A stretch of 64,000 nt of DNA, taken from IMG/VR virus record IMGVR_UViG_3300046167_000825, positions 124,001-188,000 of that record. One strand, given 5' to 3'. The notes beneath the pieces were generated by a model, which was given only the letters and a program-made list of their open reading frames with translations, was not told the origin of the DNA and searched no databases. The position numbers and the translations under genes are program-made. Shown one piece after another: positions 30,273 to 39,004 of the stretch. Position 1 is the first letter of the stretch. Each line of letters opens with the position of its first letter.

Positions 30273-30605
30273 ATGGATTTCAAAACTTTCACGGAGGGCT
30301 TCAATGTCACTCCCCCCAACACAATCAACATCGGCTCAAAGCCAGTCGAAGTTCTCACTTATATAAAGTCGAAAGGTACTTTGGCATTGGATATCGACTT
30401 CATTGACGATTACATTTTAACTCACACACCACCCCACCCAGACGAATGGGAAGTGGATGAGGATTGTGTTGGAGAAATCGAAGACTTCCGAAACCTCGCT
30501 GAGAAAGATCAAGAGGTTGAGGATGCTCGTTGGGAGGCAGCCGTCAACAACCCCGACCACCCAGATCACAAAGCCGAGTGGGAAAAGTTAAATGCAAAGA
30601 AATAG
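30273..30605 (+). CDS. Acidic hypothetical protein
   Basis: AGGAG SD; own promoter motif and terminator hairpin. Confidence 0.6.
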   Translation: MDFKTFTEGFNVTPPNTINIGSKPVEVLTYIKSKGTLALDIDFIDDYILTHTPPHPDEWEVDEDCVGEIEDFRNLAEKDQEVEDARWEAAVNNPDHPDHKAEWEKLNAKK

Positions 30606-30825
30606 TCACGAGTCGTGACACCCCTCTCGGAGTTCAGCAGTCGCATTGACTCCGAGATTTTTTGTTTCATCGGGTTTAGAATCCAACGGTGAGGCAATCC
30701 TTAATCCCAGTTGGTCTGTCGGGAAGGTAATGTGGCAACAGACTGGGGCTTCGTTCATAGCGAAGCCCTCTTTTCCCTAGAACCTCTATACAGATTCTTT
30801 AATATAAACCCACAAGGAGAACGAC

Positions 30826-31257
30826 ATGTCCAGACCAAGTTTAGGTTACAGCAATTATTACTGGATTCGACAAGACCAGAAGAAAGCAGAAGCGAAAGCC
30901 AGCGAACTAGAACTACAAGATGACAACACATCTAATGGCCCAGCAGCCTCTGCTGCCGCTAATCCTAACAATCCTCCTACCCTAGAGGAAAAAACCAAAG
31001 ATTCTTGGAAGTCCCAGCATGATTCTCTGGTTGTTAACCCACAAAATAGACTGGAATCGAGCGAACTAGCCGCAGCACAACATGATTCCCCAGAATCGCT
31101 GGTTGAATCACCCCCAGACACTCAAGAATCTTACAGTTCTCTCCCAGAGTCCCTCGAAACTCCAGTGATTCCCGTCCCTCCAGAAGTGATGCCTCCGAGT
31201 TTCCCTCTAGTGAATCAAATCACATCGTGGAAACCCCAAACAGATTCCGAAAAGTGA
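30826..31257 (+). CDS. Low-complexity (P/E/S-rich) hypothetical protein
   Basis: AAGGAG SD. Confidence 0.5.
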   Translation: MSRPSLGYSNYYWIRQDQKKAEAKASELELQDDNTSNGPAASAAANPNNPPTLEEKTKDSWKSQHDSLVVNPQNRLESSELAAAQHDSPESLVESPPDTQESYSSLPESLETPVIPVPPEVMPPSFPLVNQITSWKPQTDSEK

Positions 31258-31268
31258 ATCAAAGTCTG

Positions 31269-31277
31269 TGGTATAAT
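31269..31277 (+). promoter_or_regulatory. Host sigma70-type extended -10 (TGnTATAAT), probably giving a leaderless mRNA
   Basis: TGGTATAAT lies 5 nt before the sigma-factor ATG; no SD. Confidence 0.55.
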
Positions 31278-31282
31278 GTCTT

Positions 31283-31906
31283 ATGAAAAATGAAATAGAA
31301 ATGTTCCAGCAAGCCCAAGCGAACCCCGTGATTCGTGAGCGATTCCTAATGAAGAAGCAAAAACTCGTGAAGACGATTTGTTTCCGATATTGTGGGCGTG
31401 CTGATGAAGACCTCCTCCAAGAAGGGAACATTGGGCTGATGATTGCCTTCGATAAGTATGATCCAGAAATCGGGAAGTTTGATACTTACGCTCGGCAATG
31501 GATATTCGCTTACATGCAGCAGTTCAACTGGAAGAAGCCCGTAGTTCGTATGGGGAAACGAATCCGAAATAAGAGATTACAGACTGGAGGGGAAACCCGC
31601 CTCCCGATTATTTCGCTGACTTACAGTGAGGAAGGAGTCAACATCGAGATTCCCTCTGGGGATTTACACATCTTAGATGTGTTGCAGCAGCGGGAAGCCT
31701 CCCAGTTACTTCAAGAATCTTTGAAGAACATCAAGAAAGACCGCACGAGAGAAATGATTGTTGCCTATTATGGTCTGGGGGAAGAAGACAATGTCAACAT
31801 GAATGTCCTTTCCGAGAGATACTCCGTATCGAAGCAACGCTGCCAGCAAATCATCTCGGAAGAAATCAAAAAGATGGCGAAAGAGAACCCCCAACTAGAT
31901 TCTTGA
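31283..31906 (+). CDS. Phage-encoded RNA polymerase sigma70-family factor
   Basis: Region 2 EDLLQEGNIGLMIAFDKYDPE.GKFDTYARQWI; region 4 YYGLG...LSERYSVSKQRCQQI. Confidence 0.88.
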   Translation: MKNEIEMFQQAQANPVIRERFLMKKQKLVKTICFRYCGRADEDLLQEGNIGLMIAFDKYDPEIGKFDTYARQWIFAYMQQFNWKKPVVRMGKRIRNKRLQTGGETRLPIISLTYSEEGVNIEIPSGDLHILDVLQQREASQLLQESLKNIKKDRTREMIVAYYGLGEEDNVNMNVLSERYSVSKQRCQQIISEEIKKMAKENPQLDS

Positions 31907-31917
31907 TTGTTCGAGGC

Positions 31918-31962
31918 AAAAAAAAAGAACCCCGCCAGACCGAATTGTCTGACGGGGTTCTT
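31918..31962 (-). terminator. Intrinsic terminator
   Basis: AAGAACCCCGTCAGAC/GTCTGGCGGGGTTCTT stem followed by a U-tract on the minus strand. Confidence 0.8.
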
Positions 31963-32005
31963 AGCAATCAATCATCATTAGGAGTAATGATTCGTTAAAA
32001 GGGGT

Positions 32006-32180
32006 AGGTCTTTATTTATACTCGCATCTACATTCGAGTTGAAAGGGAGCGACTGATTCTGTTTCGGACTTCAAATAGGTGTCCACTGACGATGAGAGTT
32101 AACCTCTCGTGATAGGATGTTTTCGCTAGAGGCAAGCCTCCCTACTCAATCGCATCACCAGTCGCAAATCGCCAAGACCT
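32006..32180 (-). ncRNA. Candidate multibranched structured RNA, family not recognised
   Basis: Nested stems AGGUCUU/AAGACCU, GCGACUG/CAGUCGC, GUGAU/AUCAC, GAGG-CUUG-CCUC, GAGAG/CUCUC, GGAC/GUCC, ACUCG/CGAGU; no ORF in the track. Confidence 0.55.
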
Positions 32181-32187
32181 TAACAGA

Positions 32188-32772
32188 CTATACCGCTGTG
32201 ATTGACCAATCGCCTCCAGCAGCGAGTCGATATTGAACCCATTGACCAACGGGAATCAACTTGCGAGCCACTTTCTTTGCTTCAGTGAAAGCATTACGAG
32301 GCTTGCTCTTTGGTACAGAACCATTGGCATCCTCTTCAAGTACTTCGTATTCTCTACGGACACCAGAGAGATGGATGTCACCCACTTTGGCATCGTCAGA
32401 TCCGTTGTAGACCTTGACACCAGCGATGGCGTTCCCATCAACTTCGTAAGCCTCATAATGGCTCTGAGAAGTGTGTTCCCCACGCAAGGTCTTGCCGAGA
32501 CTTTCATAGACCTCAGTAATGGCGTTGCGAGCAGTTGTTTCGTCACAGTCGTGAGTTGTGCAACCAGCCATAACCTTCTCTATCATGCCGTCAGCACTGA
32601 GTGCGTTCATGCTATCCATCACGAGGGTTTCATAAGAAACACCAATCTGGATGGTGGCAGCCACTCGGTGACGACCTAACCATTTCCTATCAGATCCTCT
32701 ACCTCGTTGAGCCCCTTTGAGGGTGGTTTCGATTTTGATTTCACAGTAGGGTGTGATTTGAGCAATTTTCAT
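32188..32772 (-). CDS. Hypothetical protein
   Basis: Start refined to MKIAQ behind GGAGG; own promoter motif. Confidence 0.7.
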   Translation of the reverse strand: MKIAQITPYCEIKIETTLKGAQRGRGSDRKWLGRHRVAATIQIGVSYETLVMDSMNALSADGMIEKVMAGCTTHDCDETTARNAITEVYESLGKTLRGEHTSQSHYEAYEVDGNAIAGVKVYNGSDDAKVGDIHLSGVRREYEVLEEDANGSVPKSKPRNAFTEAKKVARKLIPVGQWVQYRLAAGGDWSITAV

Positions 32773-32814
32773 TGTGACCTCCAAGTCTAGTAGTTGATTG
32801 TTGCTTACAAGTAC

Positions 32815-32845
32815 TATACGGATCTTCCGTAAAAATGCAACCGCA
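32815..32845 (-). promoter_or_regulatory. Class-I phage promoter motif
   Basis: TGCGGTTG-N16-CCGTATA. Confidence 0.8.
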
Positions 32846-32846
32846 C

Positions 32847-33020
32847 TCACTTCGGGAGAAATATCCGAGCCATTCTTTCTGGGATAACAACGGTGTGGTT
32901 ACAAGTGTCGCAGCACCTCCCGTCAAAGACGGGGAGGGCATTGTGACCCCAGTAAATGGGATCGATTTTCGAGGTGGGGTGGGGAGGGCGAAGTTTCGCC
33001 CCGCAGATACAACATTTCAT
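32847..33020 (-). CDS. Small zinc-finger protein
   Basis: CCICG...GHNALPV.DGRCCDTCN..VVIPER phage motif. Confidence 0.65.
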   Translation of the reverse strand: MKCCICGAKLRPPHPTSKIDPIYWGHNALPVFDGRCCDTCNHTVVIPERMARIFLPK

Positions 33021-33069
33021 TTTGTTCTCCATAGAATACCCCCTTCAGTATTATGGCTTGATTATTGGA

Positions 33070-33387
33070 TTATTTGTCGGGAAGGCTGTTGAGAATGGCA
33101 TCTACTTCGGTTTTGATTGCCTCGAACTGGCTGAGGAGTTTCTGTCCACTCCCTTTGATTCCGAAGTACTCTTTGCATTGTGATACCTTCCAGTTGCGGT
33201 GGGGCTTCATCTTAAACTCGACCCACCGCTTGATATCACGGTACGAACATACGAAGTTCCAGATGGCGTGAGGCATGAAGTTCCCATTGACGGGCATGCC
33301 TTCGCCCCCAATCAATTCTTGCATGAAAGGGGTGTTGATTCTCTTGTTGAGTTCGGGGTATTTGTTCAGTTCTATAACATATGACAT
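33070..33387 (-). CDS. Hypothetical protein
   Basis: AGGAG SD; own promoter motif. Confidence 0.65.
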   Translation of the reverse strand: MSYVIELNKYPELNKRINTPFMQELIGGEGMPVNGNFMPHAIWNFVCSYRDIKRWVEFKMKPHRNWKVSQCKEYFGIKGSGQKLLSQFEAIKTEVDAILNSLPDK

Positions 33388-33410
33388 ATATTCTCCTAGT
33401 TGTTAATGTT

Positions 33411-33441
33411 TATACGGAAGTGTTCGCCAAAAGCGATCCCT
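33411..33441 (-). promoter_or_regulatory. Variant promoter motif (GGGATCG upstream box)
   Basis: AGGGATCG-N16-CCGTATA. Confidence 0.65.
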
Positions 33442-33443
33442 CC

Positions 33444-33893
33444 TCAAGGTTTTTTTATTCCTCGAACTGCCACGATGTGTCCTTTCTCATTGCGAACTGG
33501 ATTATCGCTTGGAGATGTGCAAGGGACAAACACATCGACACGGTCTCGAAGATGGCTTCCAGCCATACCACTGACCAACAGCACCATGTCATCCCTCTCT
33601 GGGATATCAGAGAGGGGGCAAATCACTTCTTTGGTGACGTTGTCGATGAGGACAACTTCACCAACGGTGTCTCTGTCGAACATCTCGATCCAGTCACCGA
33701 TAGTCCCCACTGCACCACCAGAACTTGTAGATACACGGACTTGGTATCCAGAAGCCTCCAGTAACACGGTTTCACTGTCATCCCCTTTGTGTGGGAGGAT
33801 GACCGTGATTGCATGTGGTGTCAGATTTACTACCGTCACGCCATTAGCGACAGAGGTTTTGGGGAAGGCGTTGGTTGGATAAAAAGTAGTCAT
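33444..33893 (-). CDS. Viral NLTPH-motif hypothetical protein
   Basis: VVNLTPH...LVS...VRNEKGHIVAV motif; AAGGAG SD. Confidence 0.7.
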   Translation of the reverse strand: MTTFYPTNAFPKTSVANGVTVVNLTPHAITVILPHKGDDSETVLLEASGYQVRVSTSSGGAVGTIGDWIEMFDRDTVGEVVLIDNVTKEVICPLSDIPERDDMVLLVSGMAGSHLRDRVDVFVPCTSPSDNPVRNEKGHIVAVRGIKKP

Positions 33894-33931
33894 GATTTAT
33901 TCTCCTTGAATATGGTTGATTGACTAATCCC

Positions 33932-33962
33932 TATACGGAACTATTAAAAAAACGCAACCACA
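33932..33962 (-). promoter_or_regulatory. Class-I phage promoter motif
   Basis: TGTGGTTG-N16-CCGTATA. Confidence 0.75.
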
Positions 33963-34003
33963 AACAGTCAAGAATCTATATAATCCCCCCAGAGGGGGGA
34001 GGC

Positions 34004-34429
34004 TTACGCTCTCGTATCCTCCCACCCCTCTGGTCTTGCCTCGATGTTCTGGACGATGCGAACTGCACGCTCGACCAGTTCCATACGACCGTCAAGGAAT
34101 TGGTTCAACAGCACCGCCCGACAGTAGGTTTCGAGACACCCTCTGCTGAGGTCACGGTGATAGAAAGAGATGTCCAGTTCGTCAACTCGCAGCACACCAG
34201 ACGAATCAACTAAGAGGTTGTGAATCATCTGGAACTCTGGGTTAGCGGGAGTGACTTCAACTGAATCACCTCCACTAGCGATGAGAGCGTACTCCACGAC
34301 AACATCGTTAATTTCGGTGACTTGTATTTCATACTTACCATCATTGATGGCATATTCGAGGGCAGACATAGCGAACTCCTTGATAGGGTTGGATGATTGA
34401 GATTGAGTGAATTGAGAGATTGTAGTCAT
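34004..34429 (-). CDS. Hypothetical protein (distant paralogue of 34467..34865)
   Basis: AAGGAGG SD; alternative start at 34369. Confidence 0.6.
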   Translation of the reverse strand: MTTISQFTQSQSSNPIKEFAMSALEYAINDGKYEIQVTEINDVVVEYALIASGGDSVEVTPANPEFQMIHNLLVDSSGVLRVDELDISFYHRDLSRGCLETYCRAVLLNQFLDGRMELVERAVRIVQNIEARPEGWEDTRA

Positions 34430-34466
34430 AATGACCTCCTTATTGTTGAATATATGTGTCGATGGC

Positions 34467-34865
34467 TTAGACTGCTGCGGCTTTGGCAGCACGCTCTCGC
34501 TTCTGAATCAACTTCATGGCTTGACGGATTTGAACCATTGGCTGTTTGCAGTATGGATTTGAAAGAACACTTCTAGAGAAGATATCCAAGTTCTCCTCCG
34601 TAATCGTCTCTTCCGTGAAACGCATACCCAGAGGGGCAGACCGAGCGACATCGATCATCTCTTGAAAGTCTGGGTGACTAGTGTCAAACTCTTGAGGGTC
34701 ACCGTACTCCCCACGATTATCGTATGGGAGGATTGTAACTGACTTGGCATAACCAGTCCCATTTTCGGATTCGCCTCGCCAGTCTTTCTTAGTGTTCTCG
34801 AAGAGCACTGCCGAAGCAGTGTAGTTACGGACTCGGATTGCTTTTTGGAAATTGACATTAGACAT
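34467..34865 (-). CDS. Hypothetical protein
   Basis: GAGG SD before MSNVNF. Confidence 0.6.
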   Translation of the reverse strand: MSNVNFQKAIRVRNYTASAVLFENTKKDWRGESENGTGYAKSVTILPYDNRGEYGDPQEFDTSHPDFQEMIDVARSAPLGMRFTEETITEENLDIFSRSVLSNPYCKQPMVQIRQAMKLIQKRERAAKAAAV

Positions 34866-34949
34866 AATGACCTCTTTGAATGATGAGGATATGGGGGATA
34901 ATAGAAATATCAAGCAACCCCCCCGTATGGTTATCTACTTGATAGTATA

Positions 34950-34980
34950 TATACGGGTCTCTTAAAAAACTGCAACCGCA
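34950..34980 (-). promoter_or_regulatory. Class-I phage promoter motif
   Basis: TGCGGTTG-N16-CCGTATA. Confidence 0.8.
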
Positions 34981-34990
34981 ACCCCTCTGC

Positions 34991-35428
34991 CTACCGTATT
35001 CGGCAGACAGCGAGAACTTTGAGGGCAGCGACTGGAGTGTCAGACCAAACGACACAGCCATCGGGGTCAACCAGTTCGATGAGGTCACCGTTGGAACGAA
35101 CTTCCCCGATTTCTCTGGGGAACGACCCAACGGGCTTCTGGATTTGATAGCCCTTATCTATCTTCTGGTTGAACACTTTGAATGGGCGTGTTGTGCCGAA
35201 GCCTTTCGTTTGACCCCTTGTGCCAACCTTCCCCCATCGTCTACCAATGCTCCCATCTATACGAGTTTCGATTCTCCAGAACTTGTGAGAACCGTCTGTG
35301 GTGTTCTTCAGAACTACATACGGGAAGAAGCCCTTGTTGCATAGTTGTTTGAACTTTATGTATCCACCCACTTGAATGGGTTGCCCATGAAGTTCGTGTT
35401 TGTGCCAGGCTGAAAGATTTACTTGCAT
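34991..35428 (-). CDS. WGR-domain protein
   Basis: SHKFWRI...RRWGKVGTRGQ...K..KGY. Confidence 0.8.
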   Translation of the reverse strand: MQVNLSAWHKHELHGQPIQVGGYIKFKQLCNKGFFPYVVLKNTTDGSHKFWRIETRIDGSIGRRWGKVGTRGQTKGFGTTRPFKVFNQKIDKGYQIQKPVGSFPREIGEVRSNGDLIELVDPDGCVVWSDTPVAALKVLAVCRIR

Positions 35429-35464
35429 GATATCCTCCTATGGATAATGATTGTTTACATTTCT

Positions 35465-35495
35465 TATACGGATCTCTTAAAAAACTGCAACCACA
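35465..35495 (-). promoter_or_regulatory. Class-I phage promoter motif
   Basis: TGTGGTTG-N16-CCGTATA. Confidence 0.75.
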
Positions 35496-35700
35496 AAAAA
35501 TGAACCTCCTAGACACCTAGAATGGGGTTTGACCCCTATGAGGTACAAGGTTTGATACAAAAACTGAAGGGTCAGACACAAAAGAAGCCCCTCTGACCAT
35601 CTGTTCAGTTGATTCTCGGGTGCAGCACTCTCAAAAACAACTAGAACACTGGCAACCCATTCAGTTTTACTTCGTGGGGGGTTGCACAGCCTAAAAACAA

Positions 35701-35862
35701 ATCGGCAACTTTCGGAGGATTTCTGCAACTTTTTCATTTTTTCTGCAACTTTTTACGAAATCCTGTACTTTTTCTGCTGTTTTTTTCATGATTTCTGCAA
35801 AAACTCTCCAAAAGTTGCAGAAAACCGTCAAAAAATGCAGAAAAGTATCAAAAAGTTGCAGA
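35701..35862. repeat. Phased (~20 bp) CTGCAACTTTT/AAAAGTTGCAG array (copy 2)
   Basis: TGCA cores at 35724, 35744, 35796, 35816, 35836 and 35857; left units are inverted relative to right units. Confidence 0.7.
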
Positions 35863-35958
35863 TTGGGTTTCTGGACAAGAAATGTCCAAGAATCTATGTG
35901 AGTGGCTTCCAGAGAGGCAACCACTCATCCAAATAAGGATGGTGGTTGCTGTGTGGGC

Positions 35959-36270
35959 TTAGAACCCTCGTGCGTAGCATGCACGCTCACGGGCTAGTTC
36001 GTAAGAGTAGTCCTCTTCCTCGACTTCCAATGTGTCGATGTATTCCCAGCCCACCTTATGGGCAATCTCGACAGCCTCTTGTGTGTTGCACACAGAGAGG
36101 AACTGTGCCTCAGAACCGAAGCCTTCGAGGATTTCCTCTTTGTAGGTCTCAAGTTCTCCTCCCATAAAGGATACGAGGTCTGAGGGCGTTGAAATACCCT
36201 CTTGGGCAATTAAAAGTTCTTTACAGTCGTATGCTGCAAGGAACTTTTCCATTTGTTGTAAATCAGTCAT
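35959..36270 (-). CDS. Small acidic protein
   Basis: AAGGAG SD; E/D-rich. Confidence 0.65.
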   Translation of the reverse strand: MTDLQQMEKFLAAYDCKELLIAQEGISTPSDLVSFMGGELETYKEEILEGFGSEAQFLSVCNTQEAVEIAHKVGWEYIDTLEVEEEDYSYELARERACYARGF

Positions 36271-36311
36271 TTTATTCTCCTTGAATAGTTTGGTTGATTG
36301 CTTACATTTCT

Positions 36312-36342
36312 TATACGGATCTCTTAAAAAACTGCAACCGCA
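36312..36342 (-). promoter_or_regulatory. Class-I phage promoter motif
   Basis: TGCGGTTG-N16-CCGTATA. Confidence 0.8.
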
Positions 36343-36434
36343 ACCCTCTCAGAGGGGGTTCTGTTCAGATTCTTGACTACCCCCCAAAAGCAAAGAGGAG
36401 GCATCCATTTCTGGATACCCCCTCGCAACCTCCC

Positions 36435-37271
36435 CTAGCCCACAAGGTGGCTAGAGCAGAATACTCCAACCTCACCCCATTGGGAAATCCCCTCAGAGCC
36501 TTGTGGGAGAGCCTTACCACACTTGCTGCATGTGGTGTCGATGGGAGTGATAACACTCGTGTAAGTCACACCCTCGGTTCTCTGAACTGCATGTGGGTCA
36601 GTAGAGGACACGGTTTCTCGAACTGGCTCAACCCGTTCTTGAATCACTTCCTCAACAACGGGTTCGTTGCCCTTGTCCAACTGACGAGCGACCTCTGTCA
36701 AGTCAGCAAGCCAAGCCTTCTTGCACGAACGAGCCAACGGGCAAGTTCGGCAAGTAGGACTCCGTTCAGCATGAAAGCCGAAACAAGAGGTCTGCTCAAT
36801 AGCCAAGGCTACGATGTACTCATCCTCGTGGTACGAGTCGGTCAAGGTTGAGAACAAGTCCTCGAATGACAAGCCAGTTCCCACTCCAACCTCACTAGTA
36901 ACGGGTTGGACGGGTTGAACTTGAACCGTTTCAACTTGAACCGTTTCAACTGGTGCAGCAGTGGGTTGAACTCCCAATTCACGGGCTTTCTCCCAACCCT
37001 TTTGAGTCAGTCCGTATCTCCCACGCTTAGGCTTCTTGATGTATCCAGAAGCATCCAAGAAACGGATAGCACGGACACCGTTATAGCGTGTCCATTGAGG
37101 CTTGGATGCTTGACTTTCGACAACGCCCCAAGCATCGAGGTCGATGCCGAGTTGGTTGCACATTGCTCCGATTGCACCGTCAGTGCTGACATCAGCACGA
37201 GGTGAAGGGAGGACGTTGGCAAGAGCCACCAACATAGGGTTTTGAAGATTGGATGGTGATTGTCTAGTCAT
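36435..37271 (-). CDS. Mrr-N-like winged-helix protein with two Zn-binding modules
   Basis: FLDASGYIKKPKRGRYGLTQKG; CFG...CRTCPLARSC; CSKCG...FCSSH. Confidence 0.65.
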   Translation of the reverse strand: MTRQSPSNLQNPMLVALANVLPSPRADVSTDGAIGAMCNQLGIDLDAWGVVESQASKPQWTRYNGVRAIRFLDASGYIKKPKRGRYGLTQKGWEKARELGVQPTAAPVETVQVETVQVQPVQPVTSEVGVGTGLSFEDLFSTLTDSYHEDEYIVALAIEQTSCFGFHAERSPTCRTCPLARSCKKAWLADLTEVARQLDKGNEPVVEEVIQERVEPVRETVSSTDPHAVQRTEGVTYTSVITPIDTTCSKCGKALPQGSEGISQWGEVGVFCSSHLVG

Positions 37272-37314
37272 GATATATTCTCCTTGAATAATGATTTGAT
37301 TGATTGACACTTCT

Positions 37315-37345
37315 TATACGGAACTAACTCAAAAGTGCAACCGCA
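37315..37345 (-). promoter_or_regulatory. Class-I phage promoter motif
   Basis: TGCGGTTG-N16-CCGTATA. Confidence 0.8.
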
Positions 37346-37483
37346 AATCGATCAGTTAGTTCGGTGGATAGTTCTGGATAATTCTGGGGGTTCAAGTAGA
37401 TTCTTGACTATCCCCTCGCAGCAAGAAGCCCGAACCTAGAATGAACTAGGAACGGGCTGAAACGGATAGGGGGGTTGACCCTC

Positions 37484-38740
37484 TTACGAGAGGTCAACCA
37501 ACTCACCGTCACCGATGTGGCTTGTGTTGCCTTGATCCACGACACCACCACGAATGAAGGTATCCACCAACATATCCAGTTGAGCGTGCATTGAAGCATC
37601 GACTCCACCACGAACTTGACGGAAGGAATCCTTGACAAGTGTCGTTGGGATCTTGCGACCTCTCTTGTGGTAGAAGACCACACGAGATTGCATGTGCTTC
37701 ATCCAACCACACAACTCACGGTGTCCGAACTCCATCTCAATGCTATCAGACTTGACAGCACCACGAATGGCTTTCACGACATCCCCGATGTTATCGAAGA
37801 AGTCACGCTCACCTTGTTTCATGCCCCCACAGAGCCTTGCCAACAGAGGGAACTTCGCCTTGACGATGTTGCTCTCATCTTTCCAGTCGAGGGTTGTAAA
37901 CTCCCATTTTGAGTCAAAGCGACTGAGGATTGAAGCATCCATCACTTGTGCCGAAGAATAGCGACTAGAACCGTTCCCAATGCTATTCGCAGTGGCAACG
38001 ATACGAGTACCCTCCAGAACGGGCAGAGTGCTACCATCTGGATGTTGGATACGCTTAGAAACACTGTCCAACATAAGACGAAGATGCTCGCCTTGTTGTG
38101 GGTCACAACGGTCAACATCTGTCAGAACGACAAGGTATGGAACTCGTCTGCCACTAGTGGGAGATACATAGCCCTCTGTCAGAGCCTTCGCCAAAGCACC
38201 CATTTTGTAAATCGTTCCCTCGTTCGGGTCGATCTCGTGGGAGAACAACACCTTGCTGATATCCACATCGGGATTGATTTGGATTGACATACAAGGAGTG
38301 CGAGTAACCCAAGAGTAGTTCAGCCAGAAAGCATCCTTACCCGTTCCAGCAGCACCGTAGATGAGTTGAGTTGCACCACTCTCGATATCCAAGCAAATGT
38401 CGAACACGACTTTCTTGGCATTGCCATAAGAGGGCAGTTTGTAATGTGATGGACGGACACCGTTAGCACCACAAACACCGACCTCTACATCAAGGTTGAT
38501 TTCCATATCGAAGTCGTGAAACATTGCTCTCAAGTCTTGTGGGGCGACTGGTTGAGTTCTTCTCTTTCTGCGAGCAGAAACAGCATCCATAGCCTCTTGC
38601 GAAACAATAGGGCTATTGGGGTGAGCCTCAGCATAGGCTTCAAGGCTCATTGAGTGTGCCTCTTGAATGTGATTGACAAGTGAGTGGGCTTCAAACCCAC
38701 AGATAGCACAAATCGGTAAAGCAGTAGATAAAGTAGTCAT
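37484..38740 (-). CDS. MoxR/CobS-like AAA+ ATPase with an N-terminal C2H2 zinc finger
   Basis: CAICG...HIQEAH; Walker A GAAGTGKD; Walker B-like VVLTDVDR; IVATANS.G; D.S.LSRF. Confidence 0.82.
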   Translation of the reverse strand: MTTLSTALPICAICGFEAHSLVNHIQEAHSMSLEAYAEAHPNSPIVSQEAMDAVSARRKRRTQPVAPQDLRAMFHDFDMEINLDVEVGVCGANGVRPSHYKLPSYGNAKKVVFDICLDIESGATQLIYGAAGTGKDAFWLNYSWVTRTPCMSIQINPDVDISKVLFSHEIDPNEGTIYKMGALAKALTEGYVSPTSGRRVPYLVVLTDVDRCDPQQGEHLRLMLDSVSKRIQHPDGSTLPVLEGTRIVATANSIGNGSSRYSSAQVMDASILSRFDSKWEFTTLDWKDESNIVKAKFPLLARLCGGMKQGERDFFDNIGDVVKAIRGAVKSDSIEMEFGHRELCGWMKHMQSRVVFYHKRGRKIPTTLVKDSFRQVRGGVDASMHAQLDMLVDTFIRGGVVDQGNTSHIGDGELVDLS

Positions 38741-38782
38741 GTTGTATTCTCCTATGAATATATTGATTGATTGACTGATTGT

Positions 38783-38813
38783 TATACGGAACTACTTAAA
38801 AAACGCAACCGCA
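38783..38813 (-). promoter_or_regulatory. Class-I phage promoter motif
   Basis: TGCGGTTG-N16-CCGTATA. Confidence 0.8.
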
Positions 38814-38824
38814 AATCACAAAAT

Positions 38825-38868
38825 TAGTTCGGAGATAGTTCGGAGATAGTTCTGAAACAGTTCGGAGG
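38825..38868 (+). repeat. Four tandem 11-bp TAGTTCGGAGA-like repeats
   Basis: TAGTTCGGAGA x2, TAGTTCTGAAA, CAGTTCGGAGG between divergent promoters. Confidence 0.7.
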
Positions 38869-38929
38869 GTCGAGGTTTATGGGGATTCCTATGTGGGGGG
38901 GTTTCTGGGCTTCTCTATTATAGTCTCTT

Positions 38930-38960
38930 TGCGGTTGCATATATAAAGGAGATCCGTATA
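38930..38960 (+). promoter_or_regulatory. Class-I phage promoter motif
   Basis: TGCGGTTG-N16-CCGTATA. Confidence 0.8.
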
Positions 38961-39004
38961 GAGATTAGTCAATCAATCAAATCATTATTCAAGGAGAATA
39001 AATC

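Noticed and set aside
30660-30775. Possible small RNA (SRP-like or riboswitch)
   Set aside because: Only partial stems plus a terminator-like hairpin; no diagnostic motif
32040-32120. Hammerhead ribozyme
   Set aside because: GUCC-GAAAC is present on the minus strand, but the CUGANGA core is not in register on that strand
35682-35936. ORFs on both strands over the TGCAG array, and 27240..27620
   Set aside because: No SD, and the translations merely mirror the A/T-tract repeats; treated as non-coding or shadow ORFs
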